Shown here in pieces: positions 12,101-26,500 of a DNA stretch of 64,000 nucleotides. Numbering within the stretch: the stretch's first letter is position 1; each line of letters begins with the position of its first letter. The notes beneath the pieces were generated by a model, which saw only the letters and a program-made list of their open reading frames with translations, had not been told where the DNA came from and ran no database searches. The translations under genes were made by a program, and so were the position numbers. Source of the stretch: the human T2T-CHM13v2.0 reference genome, Homo sapiens; the NCBI RefSeq assembly GCF_009914755.1, contig NC_060925.1; one strand, written 5' to 3'.

Positions 12101-15100
12101 ATCTGATGATGATTCCATTCGATTCCATTCAATGATTCCTTTCGATTCCATTTGATGATGATTTCAATCAATTTCATTCGATGATTCCATTCGAATCCAT
12201 TCGATGATGAGTCCATCCATTTCAATTTCATAATAATTCCATTCGTTTCAATTCGATGGAGTTTCCATTCGATTCCATTCGATGTTGATTCCATTAGTTT
12301 CCATTGCATGATGATTCCATTCGAGTCCATTTGATGATGATCACAATGGATTTCATTCCATAATTCTATTCGATTCCATTTGATGATGTTTCCATCTGAT
12401 TCCATTTGATGATCCCATTCGATTCCATTCGATGATGATTCCATTCGTTTCCATCCGATGATGATTCCATTCGATTCCGTTCAATGATTATTCCATTCGA
12501 GTCCATTCGATGATTCCATTCGATTCCATTCGATGATGATTGCATTCGAGTCCATGGATTCTTCCATTCCATTCCATTAGATGATTCCATTCGAGTCCGT
12601 TCGATGATTCTCTTCGATTCCATTCGATAATTCCGTTTGATTCCGTTTGATGTTGTTTCCATTCGAGTCCATTCGATGATAATTCCATTCGATTCTACGC
12701 CATGATTCCATTCCATTCCATTTGGAGATGGTTCCATTCGAGACCATTCGTTGATTGCATTCAATTCATTCGATGACGATTCCATTCAATTCCGTTCAAT
12801 GATTCCATTAGATTACATTTGATGAGGATTCCATTCGATTCCAATTCATGATGATTCCATGCGAATCCATTAGATGATGACGCCTTTCATTTCCATTCAA
12901 TGAGGATTCCATTCGGTTCCATTTGATGATGATTCCTTTGAATTCCGTTTGATGACAATTCCATTCAATACCAATTGATGATGGTTATTTTGAGTCCATT
13001 TGATGATGATTACTTTCGATTCCATTTGATCATGATTCCATTCGATTCCACTCGATGATTCCATTCAATGATGATTCCATTCGAGTTCATTGACTATTCC
13101 ATTCCATTTCAATCCATGATTCCTTTCAAGTCCATTCGATGATTCTATTCGATTGCATTCGATTATTCCATTCGATTGCATTCGATAATTCCATTCGATT
13201 CCATTTGAGTATAATTGCATTTGAGTCCATTCGATGATTGTTCCATTCGATTCTATTCGTTGATTCCATTCGATTCCATTTGATAATGATTCCATTCGAG
13301 ACCATTCGATGATTCCATTCAATTCCATTCAATAATGATTCCATTCGAGTCCATTCAATGATTCCATTCAAGTCCATTCGATGATTCCATCTGATTCCAT
13401 TCAATGAATCCATTCGATTCCATTCTATGATGATTCCATTCATTTCCATCTGATGATGATTCCATTCGATTCCATTCAATGATTCCATTCGATTCCATTT
13501 GATGATGATTTCAATCAATTTCATTCGATGATTCCATTCGAATCCATTCGATGATGAGTCCATCCATTTGAATTTCATGATAATTCCATTCGTTTCAATT
13601 CGATGGAGTTTCCATTCGATTCCATTCGATGTTGATTCCATTAGTTTCCATTGGATGATGATTCCATTCGAGTCCATTCGATGATGATCACAATGGATTT
13701 CATTCCATAATTCTATTCGATTCCATTTGATGATGATTCCATCTGATTCCATTTGATGATTCCATTCGTTTCCATCCGATGATGATTCCATTCGATTCCG
13801 TTCAATGATTATTCCATTCGAGTCCATTCGATGATTCCATTCGATTCCATTCGATGATGATTGCATTCGAGACCATGGATTCTTCCATTCCATTCCCTTA
13901 GATGATTCCATTCGAGTCCGTTCGATGATTCTCTTCGATTCCATTCGATAATTCCGTTTGATTCTGTGTGATGTTGATTCCATTCGAGTCCATTCGATGA
14001 TAATTCCATTCGATTCTACGCGATGATTCCATTCCATTCCATTTGGAGGTGGTTCTATTCGAGACCATTCGTTGATTGCATTCAATTCTTTCGATGACGA
14101 TTCCATTCAATTCCGTTCAATGATTCCATTAGATTCCATTTGATGATGATTCCATTCGATTCCATTTGATGATGATTCCATGTGATTCCATTAGATGATG
14201 ACTCCTTTCATTTCCATTCAATGAGGATTCCATTCGGTTCCATTTGATGATGATTCCTTTGAATTCCGTTTGATGACAATTCCATTCAATACCAATTGAT
14301 GATGGTTATTTTTGCTTCCATTTGATGATGATTACATTTGATTCCATTTGATCATGATTCCATTCGATTCCACTCGGTGATTCCATTCGATTCCATTCAA
14401 TGATTATTCCATTTGAGTCGATTCGATGACTCCATTCGATTGTATTCGATGGTGATTGAATTCGAGTCCATGGATTAATCCATTGCATTCCATTCGATGA
14501 TTCCATTCGAGTACATTCGATGATTCTATTCGATTGCATTCGATAATTCCATTCGATTGCATTCGATAAATCCATTTGATTCCATTTGAGGATAATTCCA
14601 TTTGAGTCCATTCGATGATTGTTCCATTCGATTCTATTCGGTGATTCCATTCGATTTCATTTGATAATGATTCCATTCGAGACCATTTGATGATTCTATT
14701 CAATTCCATTCAACAATGATTCCATTCGAGTCCATTCAACGATTCCATTCAAGTCCATTCGATGATTCCATCTGATTCCATTCAATGAATCCATTCGATT
14801 CCATTCTATGATGATTCCATTCGTTTCCATCTGATGATGATTCCATTCGATTCCATTCAATGATTCCTTTCGATTCCATTTGATGAAGATTTCAATCAAT
14901 TTCATTCGATGATTCCATTCGAATCCATTCGATGATGAGTCCATCCATTTCAATTTCACGATAATTCTATTCGTTTCAATTGGATGGTGTTTCCATTCGA
15001 TTCCATTCGATGTTGATTCCATTAGTTTCCATTGGATGATGATTCCATTCGAGTCCATTCAATGATGATCACATTAGATTTCATTCCATAATTCTATTCG

Positions 15101-18100
15101 ATTCCATTTGATGATGATTCCATCTGATTCCATTTGATGATCCCATTCGTTTCCATCCGATGATGATTCCATTCGATTCCGTTCAATGATTATTCCATTC
15201 GGGTCCATTCGATGATTCCATTCGATTCCATTCGATGATGATTGCATTCGAGTCCATGGATTCTTCCATTCCATTCCATTAGATGATTCCATTCGAGTCC
15301 ATTCGATGATTCTCTTCGATTCCATTCGATAATTCCGTTTGATTCCGTTTGATGTTGATTCCATTCGAGTCCATTCGATGATAATTCCATTCGATTCTAT
15401 GCGATGATTCCATTCCATTCCATTTGGAGGTGGTTCCATTCGAAACCATACGTTGATTGCATTCAATTCATTCGATGACGATTCCATTCAATTCCGTTCA
15501 ATGATTCCATTAGATTCCATTTGATGATGATTCCATTCGATTCCATGTGATGATGATTCCATGCGATTCCATTAGATGATGACTCCTTTCATTTCCATTC
15601 AATGAGGATTCCATTCGGTTCCATTTGATGATGATTCCTTTGAATTCCGTTTGATGACAATTCCATTCAATACCAATTGATGATGGTTATTTTGATTCCT
15701 TTTGATGATGATTACTTTCGATTCCATTTGATCATGATTCCATTCGATTCCACTCGATGATTCCATTCAATGATGATTCCATTCGAGTTCATTGACTATT
15801 CCATTCCATTTCAATCGATGATTCCTTTCAAGTCCATTCGATGATTCTATTCGATTGCATTCCATTATTCCATTCGATTGCATTCGATAATTCCATTCGA
15901 TTCCATTTGAGGATAATTCCATTTGAGTCCATTCGATGATTGTTCCATTCGATTCTATTCGGTGATTCCATTCGATTCCATTTGATAATGATTCCATTCG
16001 TGACCATTCGATGATTCCATTCAATTCCATTCAATTATGATTCCTTTCGAGTCCATTCAATGATTCCATTCAAGTCCATTCGATGATTCCATCTGATTCC
16101 ATTCAATGAATCCATTCGATTCCATTCTATGATGATTCCATTCATTTCCATCTGATGATGATTCCATTCGATTCCATTCAATGATTCCATTCGATTCCAT
16201 TTGATGATGATTTCAATCAATTTCATTCGATGATTCCATTCGAATCCATTCGATGATCAGTCCATCCATTTCAATTTCATGATAATTCCATTCGTTTCAA
16301 TTCGATGGAGTTTCCATTCGATTCCATTCGATGTTGATTCCATTAGTTTCCATTGGATGATGATTCCATTCGAGTCCATTCGATGATGATCACAATGGAT
16401 TTCATTCCATAATTCTATTCGATTCCATTTGATGATGATTCCATCTGATTCCATTTGATGATCCCATTCGATTCCATCCGATGATGATTCCATTCGATTC
16501 CGTTCAATGATTATTCCATTCGAGGCCATTCGATGATTCCGTTCGATTCCATTCGATGATGATTGCATTCGAGTCCATGGATTCTTCCATTCCATTCCAT
16601 TAGATGATTCCATTCGAGTCCGTTCGATGATTCTCTTCGATTCCATTCGATAATTCCGTTTGATTCCGTTTGATGTTGATTCCATTCGAGTCCATTCAAT
16701 GTTAATTCCATTCGATTCTATGCGATGATTCCATTCCATTCCATTTGGAGATGGTTCCATTCGAGACCATTCGTTGATTGCATTCAATTCATTCGATGAC
16801 GATTCCATTCAATTCCGTTCAATGATTCCGTTATATTCCATTTGGCGATGATTCCATTCGATTCCATTTGATGATGATTCCATGCGATTCCATTAGATGA
16901 TGACTCCTTTCATTTCCATTCAATGAGGATTCCATTCGGTTCCATTTGATGATGATTCCTTTGAATTCCATTTGATGACAATTCCATTCAATACCAATTG
17001 ATGATGCTTATTTTTGATTCCATTTGATGATGAATACATTCGATTCCATTTGATCATGATTCCATTCGATTCCACTCGATGATTCCATTCGATTCCATTC
17101 AATGATTATTCCATTTGAGTCGATTCGATGACTCCATTCGATTGTATTCGATGGTGATTGAATTCGAGTCCATGGATTAATAGATTGCATTCCATTCGAT
17201 GATTCCATTTGAGTCCATTCGATGATTCTATTCGATTGCATTCGATAATTCCATTCGATTGCATTCGATAAATCCATTTGATTCCCTTTGAGGATAATTC
17301 CATTTGAGTCCATTCAATGATTGTTCCATTCGATTCTATTCGGTGATTCCATTCGACTTCATTTGATAATGATTCCATTCGGGACCATTCGATGATTCCA
17401 TTCAATTCCATTCAATAATGATTCCATTCGAGTCCATTCAATGATTCCACTCAAGTCCATTCGATGATTCCATCTGATTCCATTCAATGAATCCATTCGA
17501 TTCCATTCTATGTTGACTCCATTCATTTCCATCTGATGATGATTCCATTCGATTCCATTCAATGATTCCATTCGATTCCATTTGATGATGATTTCAATCA
17601 ATTTCATTCGATGATTCCATTCGAATCCATTCGATGATGAGTCCATCCATTTCAATTTCATGATAATTCCATTCGTTTCAATTCGATGGTGTTTCCATTC
17701 GATTCCATTCGATGTTGATTCCATTCGTTTCCATTGCATGATGATTCCATTCGAGTCCATTTGATGATTATCACAATGGATTTCATTCCATAATTCTATT
17801 CGATTCCATTTGATGATGATTCCATCTGATTCCATTTGATGATCCCATTCGATTCCATTCGATGATGATTCCATTTGTTTCCATCCGATGATGATTCCAT
17901 TCCATTCGTTCAATGATTATTCCATTCGAGTCCATTCGATGATTCCATTCGATTCCATTCGATGATGATTGCATTCGAGTCTATGGATTCTTCCATTCCA
18001 TTCCATTAGATGATTCCATTCCAGTCCATTCGATGATTCTCTTCGATTCCATTCGATAATTCCGTTTGATTCCGTTTGATGTTGATTCCATTCGAGTCCA

Positions 18101-19599
18101 TTCGATGATAATTCCATTCGATTCTATGTGATGATTCCATTCCATTCCATTTGGAGGTGGTTCCATTCGAGACCATTCGATGATTGCATTCAATTCATTC
18201 GATGACGATTCCATTCAATTCCGTTCAATGATTCCATTAGATTCCATTTGATGATGATTCCATTCGATTCCATTTGATGAAGATTCCATGCGATTCCATT
18301 AGATGATGACTCCTTTCATTTCCATTCAATGAGGATTCCATTCGGTTCCATTTGATGATGATTCCTTTGAATTCCATTTGATGACAATTCCATTCAATAC
18401 CAATTGATGATGTTTATTTTTGATTCCATTTGATGATGATTACATTCGATTCCATTTGATCATGATTCCATTCGATTCCACTCGATGATTCCATTCGATT
18501 CCATTCAATGATTATTCCATTTGAGTCGATTCGATGACTCCATTCGATTGTATTCGATGGTGATTGAATTCGAGTCCATGGATTAATCCATTGCATTCCA
18601 CTCGATGATTCCATTCAAGTCCATTCGATGATTCTATTCGATTGCATTCGATAATTCCATTCGATTGCATTCGATAAATCCTTTTTATTCCATTTGAGGA
18701 TAATTCCATTTGAGTCCATTCGATGATTGTTCCATTCGATTCTATTCGGTGATTCCATTCGACTTCATTTGATAATGATTCCATTCGAGACCATTCGATG
18801 ATTCCATTCAATTCCATTCAATAATGATTCCATTCGAGTCCATTCAACGATTCCATTCAAGTCCATTCGACTATTCCATCTGATTCCATTCAATGAATCC
18901 ATGCGATTCCATTCTATGATGATTCCATTCATTTCTATCTGATGATGATTCCATTCGATTCCATTCAATGAATGCTTTCGATTCCATTTGATGATGATTT
19001 CAATCAATTTCATTCAATGATTCCATTCGAATCCATTCGATGATGAGTCCATCCATTTCAATTTCATGATAATTCCATTCGTTTCAATTCGATGGTGTTT
19101 CCATTCGATTCCATTCGATGTTGATTCCATTAGTTTCCATTGGATGATGATTCCATTCGAGTCCATTCAATGATGATCACATTGGATTTCATTCCATAAT
19201 TCTATTCGATTCCATTTGATGATGATTCCATCTGATTCCATTTGATGATCCCATTCGATTCCATTCGATGATGATTCCATTCGTTTCCATCCGATGATGA
19301 TTCCATTCGATTCCATTCGATGATGATTGCATTCGAGTCCACGGATTCTTCCATTCCATTCCATTAGATGATTCCATTCGAGTCCGTTCGATGATTCTCT
19401 TCGATTCCATTCGATAATTCCGTTTGATTCCGTTTGATGTTGATTCCATTCGGGTCCATTCGATGAAAATTCCATTCGATTCTATGCGATGATTCCATTC
19501 CATTCCATTTGGATGTGGTTCCATTCGAGACCATTCGTTGATTGCATTGAATTCATTCGATGACGATTCCATTCAATTCCGTTCAATGATTCCATTAGA

Positions 19600-22500
19600 T
19601 TCCTTTTGATGATTATTCCATTCGATTCCATTTGATGATGATTCCATGCGATTCCATTAGATGATGACTCCTTTCATTTCCATTCAATGAGGATTCCATT
19701 CGGTTCCATTTGATGATGATTCCTTTGAATTCCGTTTGATGACAATTTCATTCAATACCAATTGATGATGGTTATTTTTGATTCCATTTGATGATAATTA
19801 CATTCGATTTCATTTGATCATGATTCCATTCGATTCCACTCAATGATTCCATTCACTGATTATTCCATCCGAGTTCATTGACTATTCCATTCCATTTCAA
19901 TCGATGATTCCTTTCAAGTCCATTCGATGATTCTATTCGATTGCATTCGATTATTCCATTCGATTGCATTCGATAATTCCATTCGATTCCATTTGAGGAT
20001 AATTCCATTTGAGTCCATTCGATGATTGTTCCATTCGATTCTATTCGGTGATTCCATTCGATTCCATTTGATAATGATTCCATTCGAGACCATTCGAAGA
20101 TTCCATTCAATTCCATTCCATAATGATTCCATTCGAGTCCATTCAATGATTCTATTCAAGTCTATTCGATGATTCCATCTGATTCCATTCAATGAATCCA
20201 TTCAATTCCATTCTATGATGATTCCATTCATTTCCATCTGATGATGATTCCATTCAATGATTCCATTCGATTCCATTTGATGATGATTTCAATCAATTTC
20301 ATTCGAAGATTCCATTCGAATCCATTCGATGATCAGTCCATCCATTTCAATTTCATGATAATTCCATTCGTTTCAATTCGATGGAGTTTCCATTCGATTC
20401 CATTCGATGTTGATTCCATTAGTTTCCATTGGATGATGATTCCATTCGAGTCCATTCGATGATGATCACAATGGATTTCATTCCATAATTCTATTCGATT
20501 CCATTTGATGATGATTCCATCTGATTCCATTTGATGATTCCATTCGTTTCCATCCGATGATGATTCCATTCGATTCCGTTCAATGATTATTCCATTCGAG
20601 TCCATTCGATGATTCCATTCGATTCCATTCGATGATGATTGCATTCGAGTCCATGGATTCTTCCATTCCATTCCATTAGATGATTCCATTCGAGTCCATT
20701 CGATGATTCTCTTCGATTCCATTCGATAATTCCGTTTGATTCCGTTTGATGTTGATTCCATTCGAGTCCATTCGATGATAATTCCATTCGATTCTATGCG
20801 ATGATTCCATTCCATTGCATTTGGATGTGGTTCCATTCGAGACCATTCATTGATTGCATTCAATTCATTCGATGACGATTCCATTCAATTCCGTTCAATG
20901 ATTCCATTAGATTCCATTTGATGATGATTCCATTCGATTCCATTTGGTGATGATTCCATGCGATTCCATTAGATGATGACTCCTTTATTTTCCATTCAAT
21001 GAGGATTCCATTCGGTTCCATTTGATGATGATTCCTTTGAATTCCATTTGATGACAATTCCATTCAATACCAATTGATGATGTTTATTTTTGATTCCATT
21101 TGATGATGATTACATTCGATTCCATTTGATCATGATTCCATTCGATTCTACTCGATGATTCCATTCGATTCCATTCAATGATTATTCCATTTGAGTCGAT
21201 TCAATGACTCCATTCGATTGTATTCGATGGTGATTGAATTCGAGTCCATGGATTAATCCATTGCATTCCATTCGATGATTCCATTCGAGTCCATTCGATG
21301 ATTCTATTCGATTGCATTCGATAATTAAATTCGATTGCATTCGATAAATCCATTTTATTCCATTTGAAGATAATTCCATTTGAGTCCATTCGATGATTGC
21401 TCCATTCGATTCTATTCGGTGATTCCATTCGACTTCATTTGATAATGATTCCATTCGAGACCATTCGATGATTCTATTCATTTCCATTCAATAATGATTC
21501 CATTCGAGTCCATTCAATGATTCCATTCAAGTCCATTCGATGATTCCATCTGATTCCATTCAATGAATCCATGCGATTCCATTCTATGATGATTCCATTC
21601 ATTTCCATCTGATGATGATTCCATTCGATTCCATTCAATGATTCCTTTCGATTCCATTTGATGATGATTTCAATCAATTTCATTCGATGATTCCATTCGA
21701 ATCCATTCGATGATGAGTCCATCCATTTCAATTTCATGATAATTCCATTCGTTTCAATTCGATGGTGTTTCCATTCGATTCCATTCGATGTTGATTCCAT
21801 TAGTTTCCATTGGATGATGATTCCATTCGTGTCCATTCAATGATGATCACATTGGATTTCATTCCATAATTCTATTCGATTCCATTTGATGATGATTCCA
21901 TCTGATTCCATTTGATGATCCCATTCAATTCCATTCGATGATGATTCCATTCGTTTCCATCCGATGATGAATCCATTCGATTCCGCTCAATGATTATTCC
22001 ATTCGTGTCCATTCGATGTTTCCATTCGATTCCATTCGATGATGATTGCATTCGAGACCATGGATTCTTCCATTCCATTCCATTAGATGATTCCATTCCA
22101 GTCCATTCGATGATTCTCTTCGATTCCATTCGATAATTCCGTTTGATTCTGTTTGATGTTGATTCCATTTGAGTCCATTCGATGATAATTCCATTCGATT
22201 CTATGTGATGATTCCATTCCATTCCATTTGGAGGTGGTTCCATTCGAGACCATTCGATGATTGCATTCAATTCATTCGATGACGATTCCATTCAATTCCG
22301 TTCAATGATTCCATTAGATTCCATTTGATGATGATTCCATTCGATTCCATTTGATGAAGATTCCATGCGATTCCATTAGATGATGACTCCTTTCATTTCC
22401 ATTCAATGAGGATTCCATTCGGTTCCATTTGATGATGATTCCTTTGAATTCCATTTGATGACAATTCCATTCAATACCAATTGATGATGTTTATTTTTTA

Positions 22501-25500
22501 TTCCATTTGATGATGATTACATTCGATTCCATTTGATCATGATTCCATTCGATTCCACTCGATGATTCCATTCGATTCCATTCAATGATTATTCCTTTTG
22601 GGTCGATTCAATGACTCCATTCGATTGTATTCGATGGTGATTGAATTCAAGTCCATGGATTAATCCACTGCATTCCAATCGATGATTCCATTCGAGTCCA
22701 TTCGATGATTCTATTCCATTGCATTCGATAATTCCATTCGATTGCATTCGATAAATCCATTTGATTCCCTTTGAAGATAATTCCATTTGAGTCCATTCGA
22801 TGATTGTTCCATTCGATTCTATTCGGTAATTCCATTCGACTTCATTTGATAATGATTCCATTCGAGACCATTCGATGATTCTATTCAATTCCATTCAATA
22901 ATGATTCCATTCGAGTCCATTCAACGATTCCATTCAAGTCCATTCGATGATTCCATCTGATTCCATTCAATGAATCCATGCGATTCCATTCTATGATGAT
23001 TCCATTCATTTCCATCTGATGATGATTCCATTCGATTCCATTCAATGATTCCTTTCGATTCCATTTGATGATGATTTCAATCAATTTCATTCGATGATTC
23101 CATTCGAATCCATTCGATGATGAGTCCATCCATTTCAATTTCATGATAATTCCATTCGTTTCAATTCGATGGTGTTTCCATTCGATTCCATTCGATGTTG
23201 ATTCCATTAGTTTCCATTGGATGATGATTCCATTCGAGTCCATTCAATGATGATCACATTGGATTTCATTCCATAATTCTATTCGATTAAATTTGATGAT
23301 GATTCCATCTGATTCCATTTGACGATCCCATTCGATTCCATTCGATGATGATTCCATTCGTTTCCATCCGATGATGAATCCATTCGATTCCGCTCAATGA
23401 TTATTCCATTCGAGTCCATTCGATGATTCCATTCGATTCCATTCGATGATGATTGCATTCGAGTCCATGGATTCTTCCATTCCATTCCATTAGATGATTC
23501 CATTCGAGTCCGTTCGATGATTCTCTTCGATTCCATTCGATAATTCCGTTTGATTCCGTTTGATGTTGATTCCATTCGGGTCCATGCGATGATAATTCCA
23601 TTCGATTCTATGCCATGATTCCATTCCATTCCATTTGGAGATGGTTCCATTCGAGACCATTCGTTGATTGCATTCAATTCATTCGATGACGATTCCATTC
23701 AATTCCGTTCAATGATTCCATTAGATTCCATTTGATGATGATTCCATTCGATTCCATTTGATTATGATTCCATGTGATTCCATTAGATGATGACTCCTTT
23801 CATTTCCATTCAATGAGGATTCCATTCGGTTCCATTTGATGATGATTCCTTTGAATTCCGTTTGATGACAATTCCATTCAATACCAATTGATGATGGTTC
23901 TTTTTGATTCCATTTGATGATGATTACTTTCTATTCCATTTGATCATGATTCCATTCGATTCCACTCGATGATTCCATTCAATGTTGATTCCATTCGAGT
24001 TCATTGACTATTCCATTCCATTTCAATCGATGATTCCTTTCAAGTCCATTCGATGATTCTATTCGATTGCATTCGATTATTCCATTCGATTGCATTCGAT
24101 AATTCCATTCGATTCCATTTGAGGATAATTCCATTTGAGTCCGTTCGATGATTGTTCCATTCGATTCTATTCGGTGATTCCATTGGATTCCATTTGATAA
24201 TGATTCCATTCGAGACCATTCGAAGATTCCATTCAATTCCATTCAATAATGATTCCATTCGAGTCCATTCAATGATTCCATTCAAGTCCATTCGATGATT
24301 CCATCTGATTCCATTCAATGAATCCATTCGATTCCATTCTATGATGATTCCATTCATTTCCATCTGATGATGATTCCATTCAATGATTCCATTCGATTCC
24401 ATTTGATGATGATTTCAATCAATTTCATTCGATGATTCCATTCGAATCCATTCGATGATCAGTCCATCCATTTCAATTTCATGATAATTCCATTCGTTTC
24501 AATTCGATGGAGTTTCCATTCGATTCCATTCGATGTTGATTCCATTAGTTTCCATTGGATGATGATTCCATTCGAGTCCATTCGATGATGATCACAATGG
24601 ATTTCATTCCATAATTCTATTCGATTCCATTTGATGATGATTCCATCTGATTCCATTTGATGATTCCATTCGTTTCCATCCGATGATGATTCCATTCGAT
24701 TCCGTTCAATGATTATTCCATTCGAGTCCAGTCGATGATTCCATTCGATTCCATTCGATGACGATTGCATTCGAGTCCATGGATTCTTCCATTCCATTCC
24801 ATTAGATGATTCCATTCGAATCCATTCGATGATTCTCTTCGATTCCATTCGATAATTCCGTTTGATTCCGTTTGATGTTGATTCCATTCGAGTCCATTCG
24901 ATGATAATTCCATTCGATTCTATGCGATGATTCCATTCCATTCCATTTGGATGTGGTTCCATTCGAGACCATTCATTGATTGCATTCAATTCATTCGATG
25001 ACGATTCCATTCAATTCCGTTCAATGATTCCATTAGATTCCATTTGATGATGATTCCATTCGATTCCATTTGGTGATGATTCCATGCGATTCCATTAGAT
25101 GATGACTCCTTTCATTTCCATTCAATGAGGATTCCATTCGGTTCCATTTGATGATGATTCCTTTGAATTCAATTTGATGACAATTCCATTCAATACCAAT
25201 TGATGATGTTTATTTTTGATTCCATTTGATGACGATTACATTCGATTCCATTTGATCATGATTCCATTCGATTCCACTCGATTATTCCATTCGATTCCAT
25301 TCAATGATTATTCCATTTGAGTCGATTCGATGACTCCATTCGATTGTATTCGATGGTGATTGAATTCGAGTCCATGGATTAATCCATTGCATTCCATTCG
25401 ATGATTCCATTCGAGTCCATTCGATGATTCTATTCGATTGCATTCGATAATTAAATTCGATTGCATTCGATAAATCCATTTGATTCCATTTGAAGATAAT

Positions 25501-26500
25501 TCCATTTGAGTCCATTCGATGATTGTTCCATTCGATTCTATTCGGTGATTCCATTCGACTTCATTTGATAATGATTCCATTCGAGACCATTCGATGATTC
25601 CATTCAATTCCATTCAATAATGATTCCATTCGAGTCCATTCAACGATTCCATTCAAGTCCATTCGATGATTCCATCTGATTCCATTCAATGAATCCATGC
25701 GATTCCATTCTATGATGATTCCATTCATTTCCATCTGATGATGATTCCATTCGATTCCATTCAATGATTCCTTTCGATTCCATTTGATGATGATTTCAAT
25801 CAATTTCATTCGATGATTCCATTCGAATCCATTCGATGATGAGTCCATCCATTTCAATTTCATGATAATTCCATTCGTTTCAATTCGATGGTGTTTCCAT
25901 TCGATTCCATTCGATGTTGATTCCATTAGTTTCCATTGGATGATGATTCCATTTGAGTCCATTCAATGATGATCACATTGGATTTCATTCCATAATTCTA
26001 TTCGATTCCATTTGATGATGATTCCATCTGATTCCATTTGATGATCCCATTCGATTCCATTCGATGATGATTCCATTCGTTTCCATCCGATGATGAATCC
26101 ATTCGATTCCGCTCAATGATTATTCCATTCGAGTCCATTCGATGATTCCATTCGATTCCATTCGATGATGATTGCATTCGAGTCCATGGATTCTTCCATT
26201 CCATTCCATTAGATGATTCCATTCGAGTCCGTTCGATGATTCTCTTCGATTCCATTCGATAATTCCGTTTGATTCCGTTTGATGTTGATTCCATTCGGGT
26301 CCATGCGATGATAATTCCATTCGATTCTATGCGATGATTCCATTCCATTCCATTTGGAGGTGGTTCCATTCGAGACCATTCGTTGATTGCATTCAATTCA
26401 TTCGATGACGATTCCATTCAATTCCGTTCAATGATTCCATTAGATTCCATTTGATGATGATTCCATTCGATTCCATTTGGTGATGATTCCATGCGATTCC
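19600..26500 (+). repeat. Mosaic higher-order block with 4126-bp (1312+1407+1407) and 2719-bp periodicities
   Basis: ORF offsets 19853/23979, 20333/24459 and 21182/25308 are 4126; 23279/25998 is 2719. Shared variants include CATTCGAAGATTCC, GATCAGTCC, GATAATTAAATTCG and a 10-bp deletion. Confidence 0.75.
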
